A stretch of DNA of 61,627 bases, the filler included, from Candidatus Babelota bacterium (GTDB taxonomy: Bacteria > JAGOBX01): NCBI GenBank assembly GCA_017999075.1. It is 7 parts of 7 records of this genome, joined end to end, with 100 filler letters (N's around TTAATTAATTAA, not from the genome) between each part and the next. Parts side by side here need not be neighbours in the genome. Positions count along the whole stretch, not along the records: positions 8,906 to 17,707 come from JAGOBX010000125.1; positions 17,808 to 26,553 come from JAGOBX010000126.1; 5 more parts are not named here. The stretch is one strand, 5' to 3'. This document shows positions 9,860 through 20,599 of the stretch, piece after piece; position 1 is the first letter of the stretch, and each line of letters begins with the position of its first letter. The notes below the pieces were generated by a model. That model ran no database searches and was not told the DNA's origin. It worked only from the letters and a program-made list of their open reading frames with translations. The position numbers and the translations under genes are program-made.

Positions 9860-10562
9860 TGACAAAAAAATAGATTGTCTTATTGACAGACTTGGTTATG
9901 ATTTTAAAAATAGAAACCTCCTTCATACGTCGCTTCAGCATTCGTCAATAGTTAATGAAATAAAAACTAAGAACTGCGATTGCGTCATTGAAAGTAATGA
10001 ACGTATGGAATTTTTAGGAGATTCTATAATAGGAGCAATTGTTTCAGAATATTTATATAAAATTATTCCTCCTCTTTGCGAATATGAAATGACTGCTGTA
10101 AAAGCATATGTTGTAAGCAGAACAAATATGTCTTTAATTTCTCGTAAAATAGGACTTGAAGAATATTTTTTAACTTCTGGAATTACATTGGATATGAGGA
10201 ATAATTCGAAAATAAGCGCTGATATGCTTGAATCTTTTATTGGTGCAGTATATTTGGATTCTTCATATGAAACTGCGTCAGAAATTGTTATCAAACTATT
10301 TAAAGAAAGTATTGAAGAAAAGATAATATTCAGAAGTTTTAAAAATTATAAATCAATGCTGCAGGAATACTGCGCGTCATATTATAAATGCGTACCAGAA
10401 TACAGAATAATAAAATCTGTTGGGGAAGAACATAAAAAAGTTTTTACTGTTGAAGTTTTTATTAATGGTGAAAAATACGGCGAAGGTTCTGGCAGACGTA
10501 TTAAAGATGCGGAAAAACAGGCAGCAGCTATGGCATTGGCTCGAATAAATAATATAAAATAA
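9852..10562 (+). CDS. rnc: Ribonuclease III
   Basis: Signature NERMEFLGDS, ADMLESFIGAVYLD and a C-terminal dsRBD (NYKSMLQE...AEKQAA). The start at 9852 overlaps the upstream stop. Confidence 0.95.
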   Translation: MFDDKKIDCLIDRLGYDFKNRNLLHTSLQHSSIVNEIKTKNCDCVIESNERMEFLGDSIIGAIVSEYLYKIIPPLCEYEMTAVKAYVVSRTNMSLISRKIGLEEYFLTSGITLDMRNNSKISADMLESFIGAVYLDSSYETASEIVIKLFKESIEEKIIFRSFKNYKSMLQEYCASYYKCVPEYRIIKSVGEEHKKVFTVEVFINGEKYGEGSGRRIKDAEKQAAAMALARINNIK

Positions 10563-10581
10563 CTGGATAGAGGAGTATAAA

Positions 10582-12030
10582 ATGAAAATATTAAAAAATT
10601 GCAGAGTTAGATTTGCGCCTAGTCCAACAGGGTATTTGCATATCGGCGGAGCTCGAACTGCATTATTTAATTGGCTTATTGCCAGAAATAACTGCGGAAC
10701 ATTTATATTGAGAATTGAAGATACAGACAGAGAAAGATTTGTAGAAGGTTCAGTGGAACAAATTATTGATTCGCTGAAATGGCTTGGCATAAATTGGGAC
10801 GAAGGACCTGACTGCGCAGGAAAATTTGGGCCGTATATTCAGTCTCAACGTTTGGAAATATATAAAAAATATGCGTTTAAATTGATAGAACAGAACAGCG
10901 CTTATTATTGTTTTTGTTCTGCTGATCGTCTTGAAAAAATGCGTGAAGACCAGAAAAACAAAGGAGAATCAACTCATTATGACAGATGCTGCAGAAATTT
11001 ATCCCCCACACAGATTGAAGAAAACCTGAAAAATAATTTGCCATACGTGATACGCATGAAAGTTCCGATAACAGGGAACATATCATTTACTGATATTATC
11101 AGAGAAGAAGTTGTTATTCCATTTGAAAATGTTGATGATCAGGTGCTTTTAAAATCAGATGGGTTTCCTACTTATCATCTTGCAAATGTAATTGATGATC
11201 ATTTAATGGAAATAACCCATGTTATCCGGGGCGAAGAATGGCTTATGAGTACGCCAAAACATTTGCTGCTGTATAATTATTTTAATTGGGAACCACCTGA
11301 TTTTGCTCATTTGCCATTATTATTGAATCCTGATAGGAGTAAATTAAGCAAACGTCAGAATGACGTGTCAGTATCCGATTATAAAAATAAAGGTTTTCTT
11401 TCTGAAGCAGTAGTTAATTTTATTGCTCTTCTCGGATGGAATCCTGGAGATGATAAAGAAATTTTTTCAATTGATGAATTGGTTAAATTGTTTGATATTA
11501 ATAAATGCGGAAAATCAGGATCAGTCTTTGATATTGCTAAATTAAGATGGATGAACGGATTATACATCCGTGAATTAAAGAAAACCAATATAAGTAAATT
11601 GGCGGAATTGCTTAAATATTATTTGGTGAGCAATAATTATATTTCTGAAAATTATAGTTTTGAAAAATTGAAAAATATAGCGGAATTGACCTGTGCCGGG
11701 ATTGATACTATAAATGATGTTTCGAATTTTACCGGATTATTATTTAATGATGAAATAATAATTTCAGGTGAAGAAGAAAAAAAAATAATGGAATCTTCCA
11801 ATGCTGTTAATGTAAAAAAAGTTTTTTTGACTGAACTGGAAAAAGTCGATGAAATAGATAAATCAAATATGAATTCAATATTTAAAAATGTTCAGTCTGT
11901 TTCCGGAGTAAAAGGAAAAGAATTGTATCATATAATAAGAATTTTGATTTCAGGAACAATTGAAGGTCCGGATCTTGCCGCTTTAATATTATTTCTCGGT
12001 AAAGATGGGATCAAGAGGCGATTAAAGTAA
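10582..12030 (+). CDS. gltX: Glutamate--tRNA ligase
   Basis: RFAPSPTG, HIGG, RIEDTD, CFC...YDRCC zinc motif, KLSKR, anticodon domain; SD GAGGAG. Confidence 0.97.
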   Translation: MKILKNCRVRFAPSPTGYLHIGGARTALFNWLIARNNCGTFILRIEDTDRERFVEGSVEQIIDSLKWLGINWDEGPDCAGKFGPYIQSQRLEIYKKYAFKLIEQNSAYYCFCSADRLEKMREDQKNKGESTHYDRCCRNLSPTQIEENLKNNLPYVIRMKVPITGNISFTDIIREEVVIPFENVDDQVLLKSDGFPTYHLANVIDDHLMEITHVIRGEEWLMSTPKHLLLYNYFNWEPPDFAHLPLLLNPDRSKLSKRQNDVSVSDYKNKGFLSEAVVNFIALLGWNPGDDKEIFSIDELVKLFDINKCGKSGSVFDIAKLRWMNGLYIRELKKTNISKLAELLKYYLVSNNYISENYSFEKLKNIAELTCAGIDTINDVSNFTGLLFNDEIIISGEEEKKIMESSNAVNVKKVFLTELEKVDEIDKSNMNSIFKNVQSVSGVKGKELYHIIRILISGTIEGPDLAALILFLGKDGIKRRLK

Positions 12031-12160
12031 AATTATCAGTATTTCCTGGCAATTTTTTGAATTTTTTTTGCAAAATTTTTATAGTTTATTTATCAATATG
12101 AAAATTTTGTAAAAAAAATTCATAGTTGGAAATATATTCTGTAAGATATAAATTTTAAAA

Positions 12161-13159
12161 TTATAATTTTCTAGAGCAAATTAATTTCGCATGGCGAACT
12201 GCTTCAGTCAGACTGGTGTAATGAGCTTTATTTTTTCCTACGATATCGTAGGCTGTGCCATGGTCGACAGAAGTTCTTGTTATAGGTAAGCCAATAGTTA
12301 TATTAACGCCTGTTCCGAAAGAAATAAGTTTTAAAGGAATAAGCCCCTGATCATGGTACATGCATACCACACAGTCAAAATTATTTTTTACTTTAGGAAA
12401 TAAAGTGTCTGGTGAAAACGGACCTTCTGCAGATACGTGTTTTTTTTTTGCCAAATCAACAGCAGGTTTAATATATTTGATTTCTTCTTGGCCGAATAAT
12501 CCGTTTTCACCGCAGTGAGGATTAAGAGATAATACGGCGATTTTTGGTTTTTTTACTGCAAAGTCTGATTTTAATGAAGTGTCGGCAAGCATTATTGTTT
12601 TAAAAACAGAATCTACAGAAATTTTTTCAGGAACTTTTTTTATTCCTATGTGTGTTGTTACAAGCAGAACCCGCAAATATTTCCCTACAAGCATCATACC
12701 GAAATTTTTAGAGCCGGTTAAATGTCCTAAAAGTTCAGTATGCCCTGGAAATAAAGAACCGGCTTTGTGTAATGCGTCTTTATTAATCGGACAAGTAACT
12801 ATAGCGCTGACATTTTTTTTTAAAGCGTTGTCTACAGCAGATACAATATAATCAAGCGATGCTTTACCTGATTCAGCTGAAACTTCTCCGAATTTTATTT
12901 TTGACATGCAGCAATTATTAAAATCTAACAGGTTTAATTGAGAATCCGATAAAATTGTTTTTTTGTCAAAATTTTGGATTATATTTATTTTCAGATTTAA
13001 GTTATATAGTTTTATATAATAATATAAAAGTTTAAAGTCGCCGAAAATTATTGTTTCGCTGAATTTGATTTTTTTTTCTGCAGCTGCTTTTACAATAATT
13101 TCCGGACCCACACCTGAAGGGCATCCCATAGTTATACATATAATTTTTTTTGGATTCAT
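12161..13159 (-). CDS. pdxA: 4-hydroxythreonine-4-phosphate dehydrogenase PdxA family
   Basis: ITMGCPSGVGPEI, PINK, GHTE, LNPH, MYHDQG, RTSVDHGTAYDI. Confidence 0.92.
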   Translation of the reverse strand: MNPKKIICITMGCPSGVGPEIIVKAAAEKKIKFSETIIFGDFKLLYYYIKLYNLNLKINIIQNFDKKTILSDSQLNLLDFNNCCMSKIKFGEVSAESGKASLDYIVSAVDNALKKNVSAIVTCPINKDALHKAGSLFPGHTELLGHLTGSKNFGMMLVGKYLRVLLVTTHIGIKKVPEKISVDSVFKTIMLADTSLKSDFAVKKPKIAVLSLNPHCGENGLFGQEEIKYIKPAVDLAKKKHVSAEGPFSPDTLFPKVKNNFDCVVCMYHDQGLIPLKLISFGTGVNITIGLPITRTSVDHGTAYDIVGKNKAHYTSLTEAVRHAKLICSRKL

Positions 13160-14238
13160 CCTACAATTTTTTTTAATTCTGATTTTAATAAATTAAGTAT
13201 TTCGGATTCAGGAACTTTTTTTACTATTTTTCCTTTTTTGAAAAGTAATCCGACTCCATTTCCGCCTGTTATTCCTATATCTGCGTCGCGGGCTTCTCCA
13301 GGGCCGTTTACCACACAACCCATAACAGCTACTTTTACTGGTATCCTTACGTTATATAATAATTTTTCTACTTCTTCAGCGATTTTAATTAAATTTATTT
13401 GAGTGCGTCCGCAAGTTGGACACGCAATTAAATCAGGCGTATCAGTTCTTAGTTTTAATGAAGCAAGGATTTTATAAGCCGCATACACTTCTTCTATCGG
13501 ATCGGCTGATAATGAAACTCGTATAGTATCACCAATTCCATAGGATAGAATTTGCGATAACCCTACTGCTGATTTTATCAGACCGCATCTAAGCGTTCCA
13601 GTTTCTGTGATTCCTATGTGCAGAGGATAATTTCTTTTTTTACTGAACATCAAATAACTTTTTACAGTTGATAAAACATCTGAAGTTTTAAGAGAAACAA
13701 CAATATCCGTAAAATTCAGTTCTTCAAGATACTGAACTTCTTTTATAGCGCTTTCTGTCATAGCCTGCTCAATAGAAATTTTTTTTGATTCTAGTTTATG
13801 AAGAATAGGTTTTTCAAGTGAACCTAAATTGACACCTACGCGTATAGGTATATTTTTGTTTTTTGCTGCATTAACTATTTCTTTGATTTTCCATTTGTCT
13901 GTTATATTTCCTGGATTTATTCTAAGTTTTGAAATTCCTGATTCTATTGATTTTAAAGCAAGTTTATAATCAAAATGAATATCTGCGACAATAGGAATAT
14001 CAATTGATTTAGTGATTTTTTTCAAACCTTCTATATCGTCCTCATCTTTAACAGACACTCTTATGATCTCGCATCCTGCTTTTTGTAATTTTTTCATCTG
14101 GTTCAAAACACGCCTGTAACACGATGTTTTTATATTACACATTGATTGAATTCTGATAATATTGCAGTTGCCTATAACAAAATTTTTAATTTTAATTTGT
14201 TTTGTTTTTTTTCTTGGAGTGATTAAATTTTTAGTCAT
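13156..14238 (-). CDS. ispG: (E)-4-hydroxy-3-methylbut-2-enyl-diphosphate synthase
   Basis: IQSM, ADIHF, RINPGN, LHIGITE, GDTIRVSL, CPTCGR, MGCVVNGPGE. Confidence 0.97.
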   Translation of the reverse strand: MTKNLITPRKKTKQIKIKNFVIGNCNIIRIQSMCNIKTSCYRRVLNQMKKLQKAGCEIIRVSVKDEDDIEGLKKITKSIDIPIVADIHFDYKLALKSIESGISKLRINPGNITDKWKIKEIVNAAKNKNIPIRVGVNLGSLEKPILHKLESKKISIEQAMTESAIKEVQYLEELNFTDIVVSLKTSDVLSTVKSYLMFSKKRNYPLHIGITETGTLRCGLIKSAVGLSQILSYGIGDTIRVSLSADPIEEVYAAYKILASLKLRTDTPDLIACPTCGRTQINLIKIAEEVEKLLYNVRIPVKVAVMGCVVNGPGEARDADIGITGGNGVGLLFKKGKIVKKVPESEILNLLKSELKKIVG

Positions 14239-14356
14239 AATATTTTTTTTTTGTTTTTAAATAAAATATGAAGAGATTGATATTTTTTTAGCAATCTTTT
14301 CATTGTCATATAAGTTGATTTTATTCCTGTTGTTGGAAAAAATCAATTAAAATTTG

Positions 14357-14385
14357 TTGACAGTGATTAAAATATAAAATACAAT
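14357..14385 (+). promoter_or_regulatory. Sigma70-type promoter for the diguanylate cyclase gene
   Basis: TTGACA (14357-14362)-N17-TACAAT (14380-14385). Confidence 0.6.
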
Positions 14386-14418
14386 ATTTTATATTTTTTT
14401 TACGAAATTATTCTTAAA

Positions 14419-16290
14419 ATGCACGAAATTAAAATTAATGTTTTGGTTGTTGAAGATGATGAGTCTTTAAACAATCTTATAAAACTGCATCTCGAAAAAA
14501 TGAATTGCAATGTATCTTCTGTAGATTATGCGGAAAAGGCGATTCAGCTTATCACAAAACATTATTATGATTTATTTTTAATAGATATAAATTTGAAAGG
14601 AGTTATTAACGGATTAAAACTTCTTGATTATATAAAGAATGAACTTAACCTTGAAAGCGAGGTTATTGTTATAACAGGAAACGCTGATATTCAGACTGCT
14701 GTTGATGCAATAAAAAAAGGCGCTTATGATTTATTTGAAAAACCGTTTTCATTACTTAAACTTAATGAAGCAATAGATAAAATTCTTCATCAAAAAATTA
14801 TTAAACGGATACCATTGAATGTTTTAGGAATATATAAATATAATTATCCTGAACAATTGAATAAAAATCATACTGTTTTAGTGGTTGATGATGAAGAAGA
14901 TATCCGTAATCTTGTAATGATTATGCTTAAAGAATTTAATTATGAAGTTATCACTGCAGAATCAGCTAAAGAAGCGGAAACATTAATTAAAGAAACCAGA
15001 CCTGATTTGATTATACTTGATGTGATGATGCCTGAAGAAGACGGCTATACTTTCGGTTTGAGAATAAAATCGAATGAAAAATTTTTCGATATACCTATTC
15101 TGATGTTAAGCGCAAAAGGCTCTGATGATGACATAAAAAAAGGTATAGATGTTTGCGCAGATGATTATATGTCAAAACCGTTTAATCAGACTGTTTTAAT
15201 GTCTAAAGTTAAAGCTTTGCTAAGAATGAAGAATTTAATTGATGAAATGAAAGTTTACAGCAATGCTCTTCTGCAAAAAATAGAAAAACAGGATTTGCTT
15301 AGAAAATATCTGTCCAAAGAAACCTTATTTTTTTCACAACTGAATAAATCATTGAATTTGGAAGAAAAATCTTCATTGATTAAAAAATTACTTCCTGAAA
15401 TTCTTGAAATAGAGATGTTTTCAATTTTTCTCGTTGACGGAGAAAATTTAAAAATTTTTGCACATAATCATCAGGAGATATGTTTTGAAATACCTATTGA
15501 TTCGATAAAAGAATCACCTATGTTTAAAGCAATATCCAATCAGGCGCCAGAACTTATAGAGGATTTTAACACCACTAAGTTTTTTAAAGGAAAAAACAGG
15601 GAAAAATATAAAAAAAAATCAAGCATAATATTTCCATTGATAATTCATCATAGATGTATCGGCGTAATAAATATGAATAATAGAAAAATTGGAGAATTTG
15701 ATATGCAGTTTCTCGAACGTGCGACTCGTCTTGTTGAACATATATCTAATTCGATTGAAAATTGTCTGTTGTTTCAGAAAATGGAACAAATGGCGATAAT
15801 AGATGAACTTACATTAACATTTAACCGGAGGCATTTCTTTTATTTATTGTCCAATGAAATAAAAAAGTTTTTAAGATATCGTCATAAGTTTTGTGTGTTA
15901 ATGATGGATATTGATAATTTTAAAAAGTTTAATGATACGTATGGACATATTAACGGCGACAGAATGCTTAGAAAATTTGCTGATGTGATAAAAATCTGTA
16001 TACGTGATACGGATTTTTTTGCACGGTATGGAGGAGAAGAATTTGTTCTTCTTTTTCCTGAAACTATGCTTGATACAGCTATAATGGTTGCTGAACGCCT
16101 GAGAAGATCTGTTGAAAAAGATTGTTTTATAATAATAGATAATAAAGAAATTGGAGTTACCATAAGCGGAGGTCTTGCAGAATATAAAATGGATTTGACA
16201 GAAGAAGAGTTTCTTGGAGAAGCGGACAACTATTTATATTATGCAAAAAGAAACGGTAAAAATCAAATTATTTCTATGATAGAGGTTTAA
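14419..16290 (+). CDS. Diguanylate cyclase with two receiver domains and a GAF domain (REC-REC-GAF-GGDEF)
   Basis: Two REC domains that keep the acceptor Asp (FLIDIN, IILDVMM), a GAF-like segment, DELT, DIDNFK, I-site RDTD and RYGGEEF. Confidence 0.93.
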   Translation: MHEIKINVLVVEDDESLNNLIKLHLEKMNCNVSSVDYAEKAIQLITKHYYDLFLIDINLKGVINGLKLLDYIKNELNLESEVIVITGNADIQTAVDAIKKGAYDLFEKPFSLLKLNEAIDKILHQKIIKRIPLNVLGIYKYNYPEQLNKNHTVLVVDDEEDIRNLVMIMLKEFNYEVITAESAKEAETLIKETRPDLIILDVMMPEEDGYTFGLRIKSNEKFFDIPILMLSAKGSDDDIKKGIDVCADDYMSKPFNQTVLMSKVKALLRMKNLIDEMKVYSNALLQKIEKQDLLRKYLSKETLFFSQLNKSLNLEEKSSLIKKLLPEILEIEMFSIFLVDGENLKIFAHNHQEICFEIPIDSIKESPMFKAISNQAPELIEDFNTTKFFKGKNREKYKKKSSIIFPLIIHHRCIGVINMNNRKIGEFDMQFLERATRLVEHISNSIENCLLFQKMEQMAIIDELTLTFNRRHFFYLLSNEIKKFLRYRHKFCVLMMDIDNFKKFNDTYGHINGDRMLRKFADVIKICIRDTDFFARYGGEEFVLLFPETMLDTAIMVAERLRRSVEKDCFIIIDNKEIGVTISGGLAEYKMDLTEEEFLGEADNYLYYAKRNGKNQIISMIEV

Positions 16291-16291
16291 A

Positions 16292-17362
16292 ATGAATTTG
16301 AAAAAAAGTGCGGGTATAATTTTTTTTGTAATGTTTATTTATGTGACAGCTTTACAAACTCAACCGCTTGAAAAAATTAAAACTGACATTTCAGGGTTTA
16401 TAGATATCGGATATTATTCTCCTGAAAATTCTGATAAATCATTTATTATTGACGGGGCAGGACTTACATTTTCAGGCGAAAAAGCGGATTTGTCTGGAGT
16501 ATTGGAAATTAATTATAAAGATTCGGAAGACACTTATTTTGTTAAAGATATGGTTTATTTAAATAAAATAGCTGTTACAATAACACAAAAAAACGGAGGA
16601 GCTATAATAGGCAAGTTTCCTAATTTAAATCTTCCCAGGCAATCTGATGTATGGTCAAGAAAAACTTTGAGTTTTAATATGACTGATATGATATTAGGAA
16701 AACATAATCCTGTAGGGGTACAATACTATATAGCGTCGGAAAAAATTAATTTTAATTTAGGTTATTTTAATGGATTTGGGTTTGCATCAGCTCCTGTTTA
16801 TCCTAATTCAAAGAAAGATTTATTGACTTTATGTCAGAATCCGGATTATAAAAAAAATGGGAAAAATGATATATTCGCTTCATTAACATTTAAATCAGGA
16901 ACAGGAATTTCTTTAAAAACAGGGGCAATGTTCAGTTCGCTTTCAGGCGGTGATTTGGCAGAGCTTCAAAATTTATCCGGAAATTTCACATTAAACGATG
17001 ATAAAAAAGATATGTGGTATTTTTCTTTTGAACAATCTTCTAAACAAATGTTTTTCAACGCGTCATATTATAATTATAATATTTCTGAAATAAAAAATAA
17101 TATTCTTGACATAGTACTTAATTATAAATTGAATGATTCAATTAATTTAAGCGGTTCGTTCAGTTATTTGAAATATAAAAATGCAGGAGTTCCTTCCATT
17201 ATATTAAGCGATAGAAAACAATATACTGCATCATTATCATATGAAATGAAGAATCTTCTTTTAGGATATGAATATGTAATAAACAAAGAAGATTTGCCTG
17301 ACGGAACTGTTATTTCCGGAAATAATGATATTCATTCTATGAAAGCTGTTTATAAGTTTTAA
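16292..17362 (+). CDS. Putative outer-membrane beta-barrel / porin
   Basis: Signal peptide, ISGFID start, alternating amphipathic strands, C-terminal AVYKF (BAM beta-signal-like). Confidence 0.65.
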   Translation: MNLKKSAGIIFFVMFIYVTALQTQPLEKIKTDISGFIDIGYYSPENSDKSFIIDGAGLTFSGEKADLSGVLEINYKDSEDTYFVKDMVYLNKIAVTITQKNGGAIIGKFPNLNLPRQSDVWSRKTLSFNMTDMILGKHNPVGVQYYIASEKINFNLGYFNGFGFASAPVYPNSKKDLLTLCQNPDYKKNGKNDIFASLTFKSGTGISLKTGAMFSSLSGGDLAELQNLSGNFTLNDDKKDMWYFSFEQSSKQMFFNASYYNYNISEIKNNILDIVLNYKLNDSINLSGSFSYLKYKNAGVPSIILSDRKQYTASLSYEMKNLLLGYEYVINKEDLPDGTVISGNNDIHSMKAVYKF

Positions 17363-17369
17363 ATTTACA

Positions 17370-17707
17370 ATGAAACATTTATTGACAAAAGAATTTGATA
17401 TTAATTTAAATAAAATTAGTTCATACAGGTTTTATTTTATAGGGATTCTTGGCAGCGGAATGTCGGCTATTGCAAGATTTTTGCGATTAAAAGGATGCTC
17501 TGTTAAAGGATCTGATAGAAATTATTTGTCGTTTCAAAAATCTGATCTGGCATTGTCTCTTGAATCAATCGGATGCATTTTGTTTAATCAGAAAGAACAG
17601 CACATAACGTCCGAAGTTGATTTTACAGTAGTTTCGACTGCAATAGAAGCTGATAATATTGATGTGATTAAGTCGATTGAATACAAGATACCTGTTATAC
17701 ATCGCGC
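17370..17707 (+). CDS. murC: UDP-N-acetylmuramate--L-alanine ligase (MurC/Mpl family), 3'-truncated
   Basis: FIGILGSGMSAIA, GSD, VVSTAI, IPVIHR form the Mur ligase N-domain; the ORF runs into the linker. Confidence 0.8.
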
Positions 17708-17807
17708 NNNNNNNNNNNNNNNNNNNNNNNNNNNNNNNNNNNNNNNNNNNNTTAATTAATTAANNNNNNNNNNNNNNNNNNNNNNNNNNNNNNNNNNNNN
17801 NNNNNNN
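17708..17807. other. Artificial contig linker
   Basis: N44-TTAATTAATTAA-N44. Confidence 0.99.
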
Positions 17808-18940
17808 TTATTTAAAAATAAAAAAGTAATCTTTATTTCGCCGCCTTCTTTTGTATATTCTACAGCATTGTTTAAAAGATTTATAATAACCTGTTTTATT
17901 CTCTGTTCGTCAATAAATAAATTTAAATCTTTCTCCGAAAAATTAACTGAAAACTTGATTTGTTTTTCATCAGTCATAATTTTACCAATATCTTCACAGA
18001 AAGCTACTAATTCTTTCAAGTTAACACTTGAATATTTCAATTGAATGCTATCATAATCGGCTTTTGCAAGAAATAATAATTCATTAGTCATTCTTTGAAC
18101 ATATTCTACTTCTTCTGATAAACGATAAAAAATGTTCGAGTCATCTTCGGAAAGTTTTTCTGATTTTCCTATAAGTTCTATACCGTTTTTGATTACAGCG
18201 AGGGGATTTTTAATCTCATGTGAAAAATCAGAAAAAAACCGATTAATTCTATTAAATGAAATTTCAAGACGTTCAATCATATAGTTGAATGTTTCGGTTA
18301 ATTTTTCCAAAACATCATTAGATTTGACATTTTCAATTCTTCCACTGAGATTTTTTATATTTATTTTATTAACTTCATCAATAATTTTATTCACAGGATT
18401 CAACGCTTTATTTACAAACAAGTTTGAAATAAAAAATAAAATAAAAATAATTATAATAAAAATAATAATAAACAATGCATTTATTTTGTTCACAAATTTT
18501 AAATATGCGTCTAACGATATAAAATAAATAAAAGTAAAATTTTTATTGTTAATATTATTCTTTTCAATATAAAATCTGAATAAGTCACCTCTGATAGTTT
18601 CATTATAATAATAAGCTCTGTCTTCAGATTTTTCTAATTTAAAATCATTAAATTCCATATTTTTTACTTTTGGAGAGTTATATAATACTTTATTATTTTC
18701 ATCGCGTATTTGAAAATAAAAATGTTCTAATTCAATATCAAGTTGTCTGAGATTATTCAATTCCAATTCGTTAAAATAAATTTTTTGACACAATTTAGAA
18801 TATTCTTTTATTTCATTATTTTCATATTCAATGGCAAATTTTTCAGTAAATATATTAACTACGATAACTTGAATTATAAATACTGTCGACAATGCAAAAA
18901 ATAATATTAATGTTAATTTTAATTTAAAAGGTATTTTCAT
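17808..18940 (-). CDS. HAMP-domain sensor histidine kinase (CusS/heavy-metal-sensor-like), 3'-truncated
   Basis: Two TMs, HAMP, H-box SHEIKNPL, N-box NLLNNAVEY; 4-bp overlap with the OmpR regulator. Confidence 0.9.
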
Positions 18941-19617
18941 GATTGCTTACTCCGCATCATATAACCCGAACCTCGTATAGTCAAAAGCATTTTAAACTCA
19001 AAATCCGAATCAATTTTTTTTCTCAAATAATTTATATATACATCAACAACATTAGTAAAATTATCAAAATTAAAATTCCAAACACGTTCAATTATCATTG
19101 TGCGCGTAAGAATTCTATCAGGATTTCGCATAAAATATTCCAGTAAAGAAAATTCTTTCAAAGTTAGTTCAATATTTTTTCCAATTCTTTCAGCCTTATG
19201 GGTAAATAAATTCAATTTTAAATCTCCAAGTTTTAATACACCGGAGTTATCAGGAATGGTTATAACACGTAGTAAAGCTCTAACTCTAGCGGATAATTCC
19301 GGAAAGCTGAAAGGTTTGGTTAAATAATCATTAGCGCCAGCGTCAAGGCCTTTGACAATATCAACAATTTCATCGCGAGCTGATAAAAATAATATTGGTA
19401 CTGTTCTTTTCTTTGTACGGATAGATTTACATATTTCCAATCCATCTTTTACAGGAAGCATAACATCAAGAATAAACAAATCAAAATCAAAATTCAAGGC
19501 AAGACTCAAACCATATTCACCGTTAGAAACAATATCAACTGCATATCCTTCTGTCGAAAGCCCTTTTTTAATAAATTCAGCAAGAGCCAAATCATCTTCA
19601 ATAATTAGTATTTTCAT
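18937..19617 (-). CDS. OmpR/PhoB-family response regulator (CusR-like)
   Basis: IIEDD, LDVMLP, DYLTKPF, LTLKEFSLLEY, NVVDVYINYLRKKID, TIRGSGY. Confidence 0.95.
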   Translation of the reverse strand: MKILIIEDDLALAEFIKKGLSTEGYAVDIVSNGEYGLSLALNFDFDLFILDVMLPVKDGLEICKSIRTKKRTVPILFLSARDEIVDIVKGLDAGANDYLTKPFSFPELSARVRALLRVITIPDNSGVLKLGDLKLNLFTHKAERIGKNIELTLKEFSLLEYFMRNPDRILTRTMIIERVWNFNFDNFTNVVDVYINYLRKKIDSDFEFKMLLTIRGSGYMMRSKQS

Positions 19618-19883
19618 AATAAAACCACCATCTCATCCTATTAATTTATTTTGTCAATTTTATTTAAATTTTATCTACTTTTAAATTTTTAAAATTGTAT
19701 TTATTATCTCTTATAATTTTTATCAACGAATATTAATTATATAAAAAGAATAGCAGATGAAAATTAAAATATCATTAAAATCCAATTAGTATTTTCTAAT
19801 AATTAAAAAAAGCTACATTTCTTAAAAATTACAATATTTAAATAAAATAAAATCGGTAAAATATTAGGTTTGAAAAGTTACTA

Positions 19884-20591
19884 TCAAGATAAGAAAAAAG
19901 CAGAACCTATACGTAAATGAGTAGCTCCTTCTTCTATTGCAAAGATGTAATCATTACTCATTCCCATCGACATATATTCCATATGCAATCCAAATTCGGA
20001 ATTCAACGTATTTTTAAGGTTTCTCAAGTCAGAAAAAGTTTTTCTGATAATTTTTTCATCAGAAGTCTCAGGAGCCATAGTCATTAACCCGCAGATATTT
20101 ACATTAGTCAAAGATGATTTGTTAACGCAATAATGGTCAAAGATCTGTTTTGAAGTTTCTGTATCAGCTCCAGTTTTAGTATTCTCATCAGAAACATTAA
20201 TTTCCACGAGAATGTCTATTATCCTATTATGAATAATTGCATGTCTATTTATTTCCTGAACAAGTTTTATACTGTTAACCGAGTGTATCAGGTTTATATA
20301 TCCGGCAATATATTTAATTTTATTTGACTGGAGAGTGCCTATCATATTCCAATTAATGTTATTGTCATTAATATTTTCTCTAAGTTCACGGATACGCTGA
20401 ACTCTATTTTCACCAATATTTGTTATTCCGTAATTTATTATTTGTTTAACGGCAGCAGCATCAACATATTTAGTTACAGTGATAATTGTCAATTCAGAAA
20501 AACTGCGGTTAATAACAGAACATCTATTTTTGATTGATTCAATTATTCTATTATAATTATCTTTAAATTTCAACAAATCAAACTGAAACAT
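19884..20591 (-). CDS. yggS: YggS family PLP homeostasis protein
   Basis: VTK (PLP lysine), GENRVQ, IGTLQSNK, GLMTM, SMGMSND, RIGS. Confidence 0.93.
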   Translation of the reverse strand: MFQFDLLKFKDNYNRIIESIKNRCSVINRSFSELTIITVTKYVDAAAVKQIINYGITNIGENRVQRIRELRENINDNNINWNMIGTLQSNKIKYIAGYINLIHSVNSIKLVQEINRHAIIHNRIIDILVEINVSDENTKTGADTETSKQIFDHYCVNKSSLTNVNICGLMTMAPETSDEKIIRKTFSDLRNLKNTLNSEFGLHMEYMSMGMSNDYIFAIEEGATHLRIGSAFFLS

Positions 20592-20599
20592 AATGGCTG

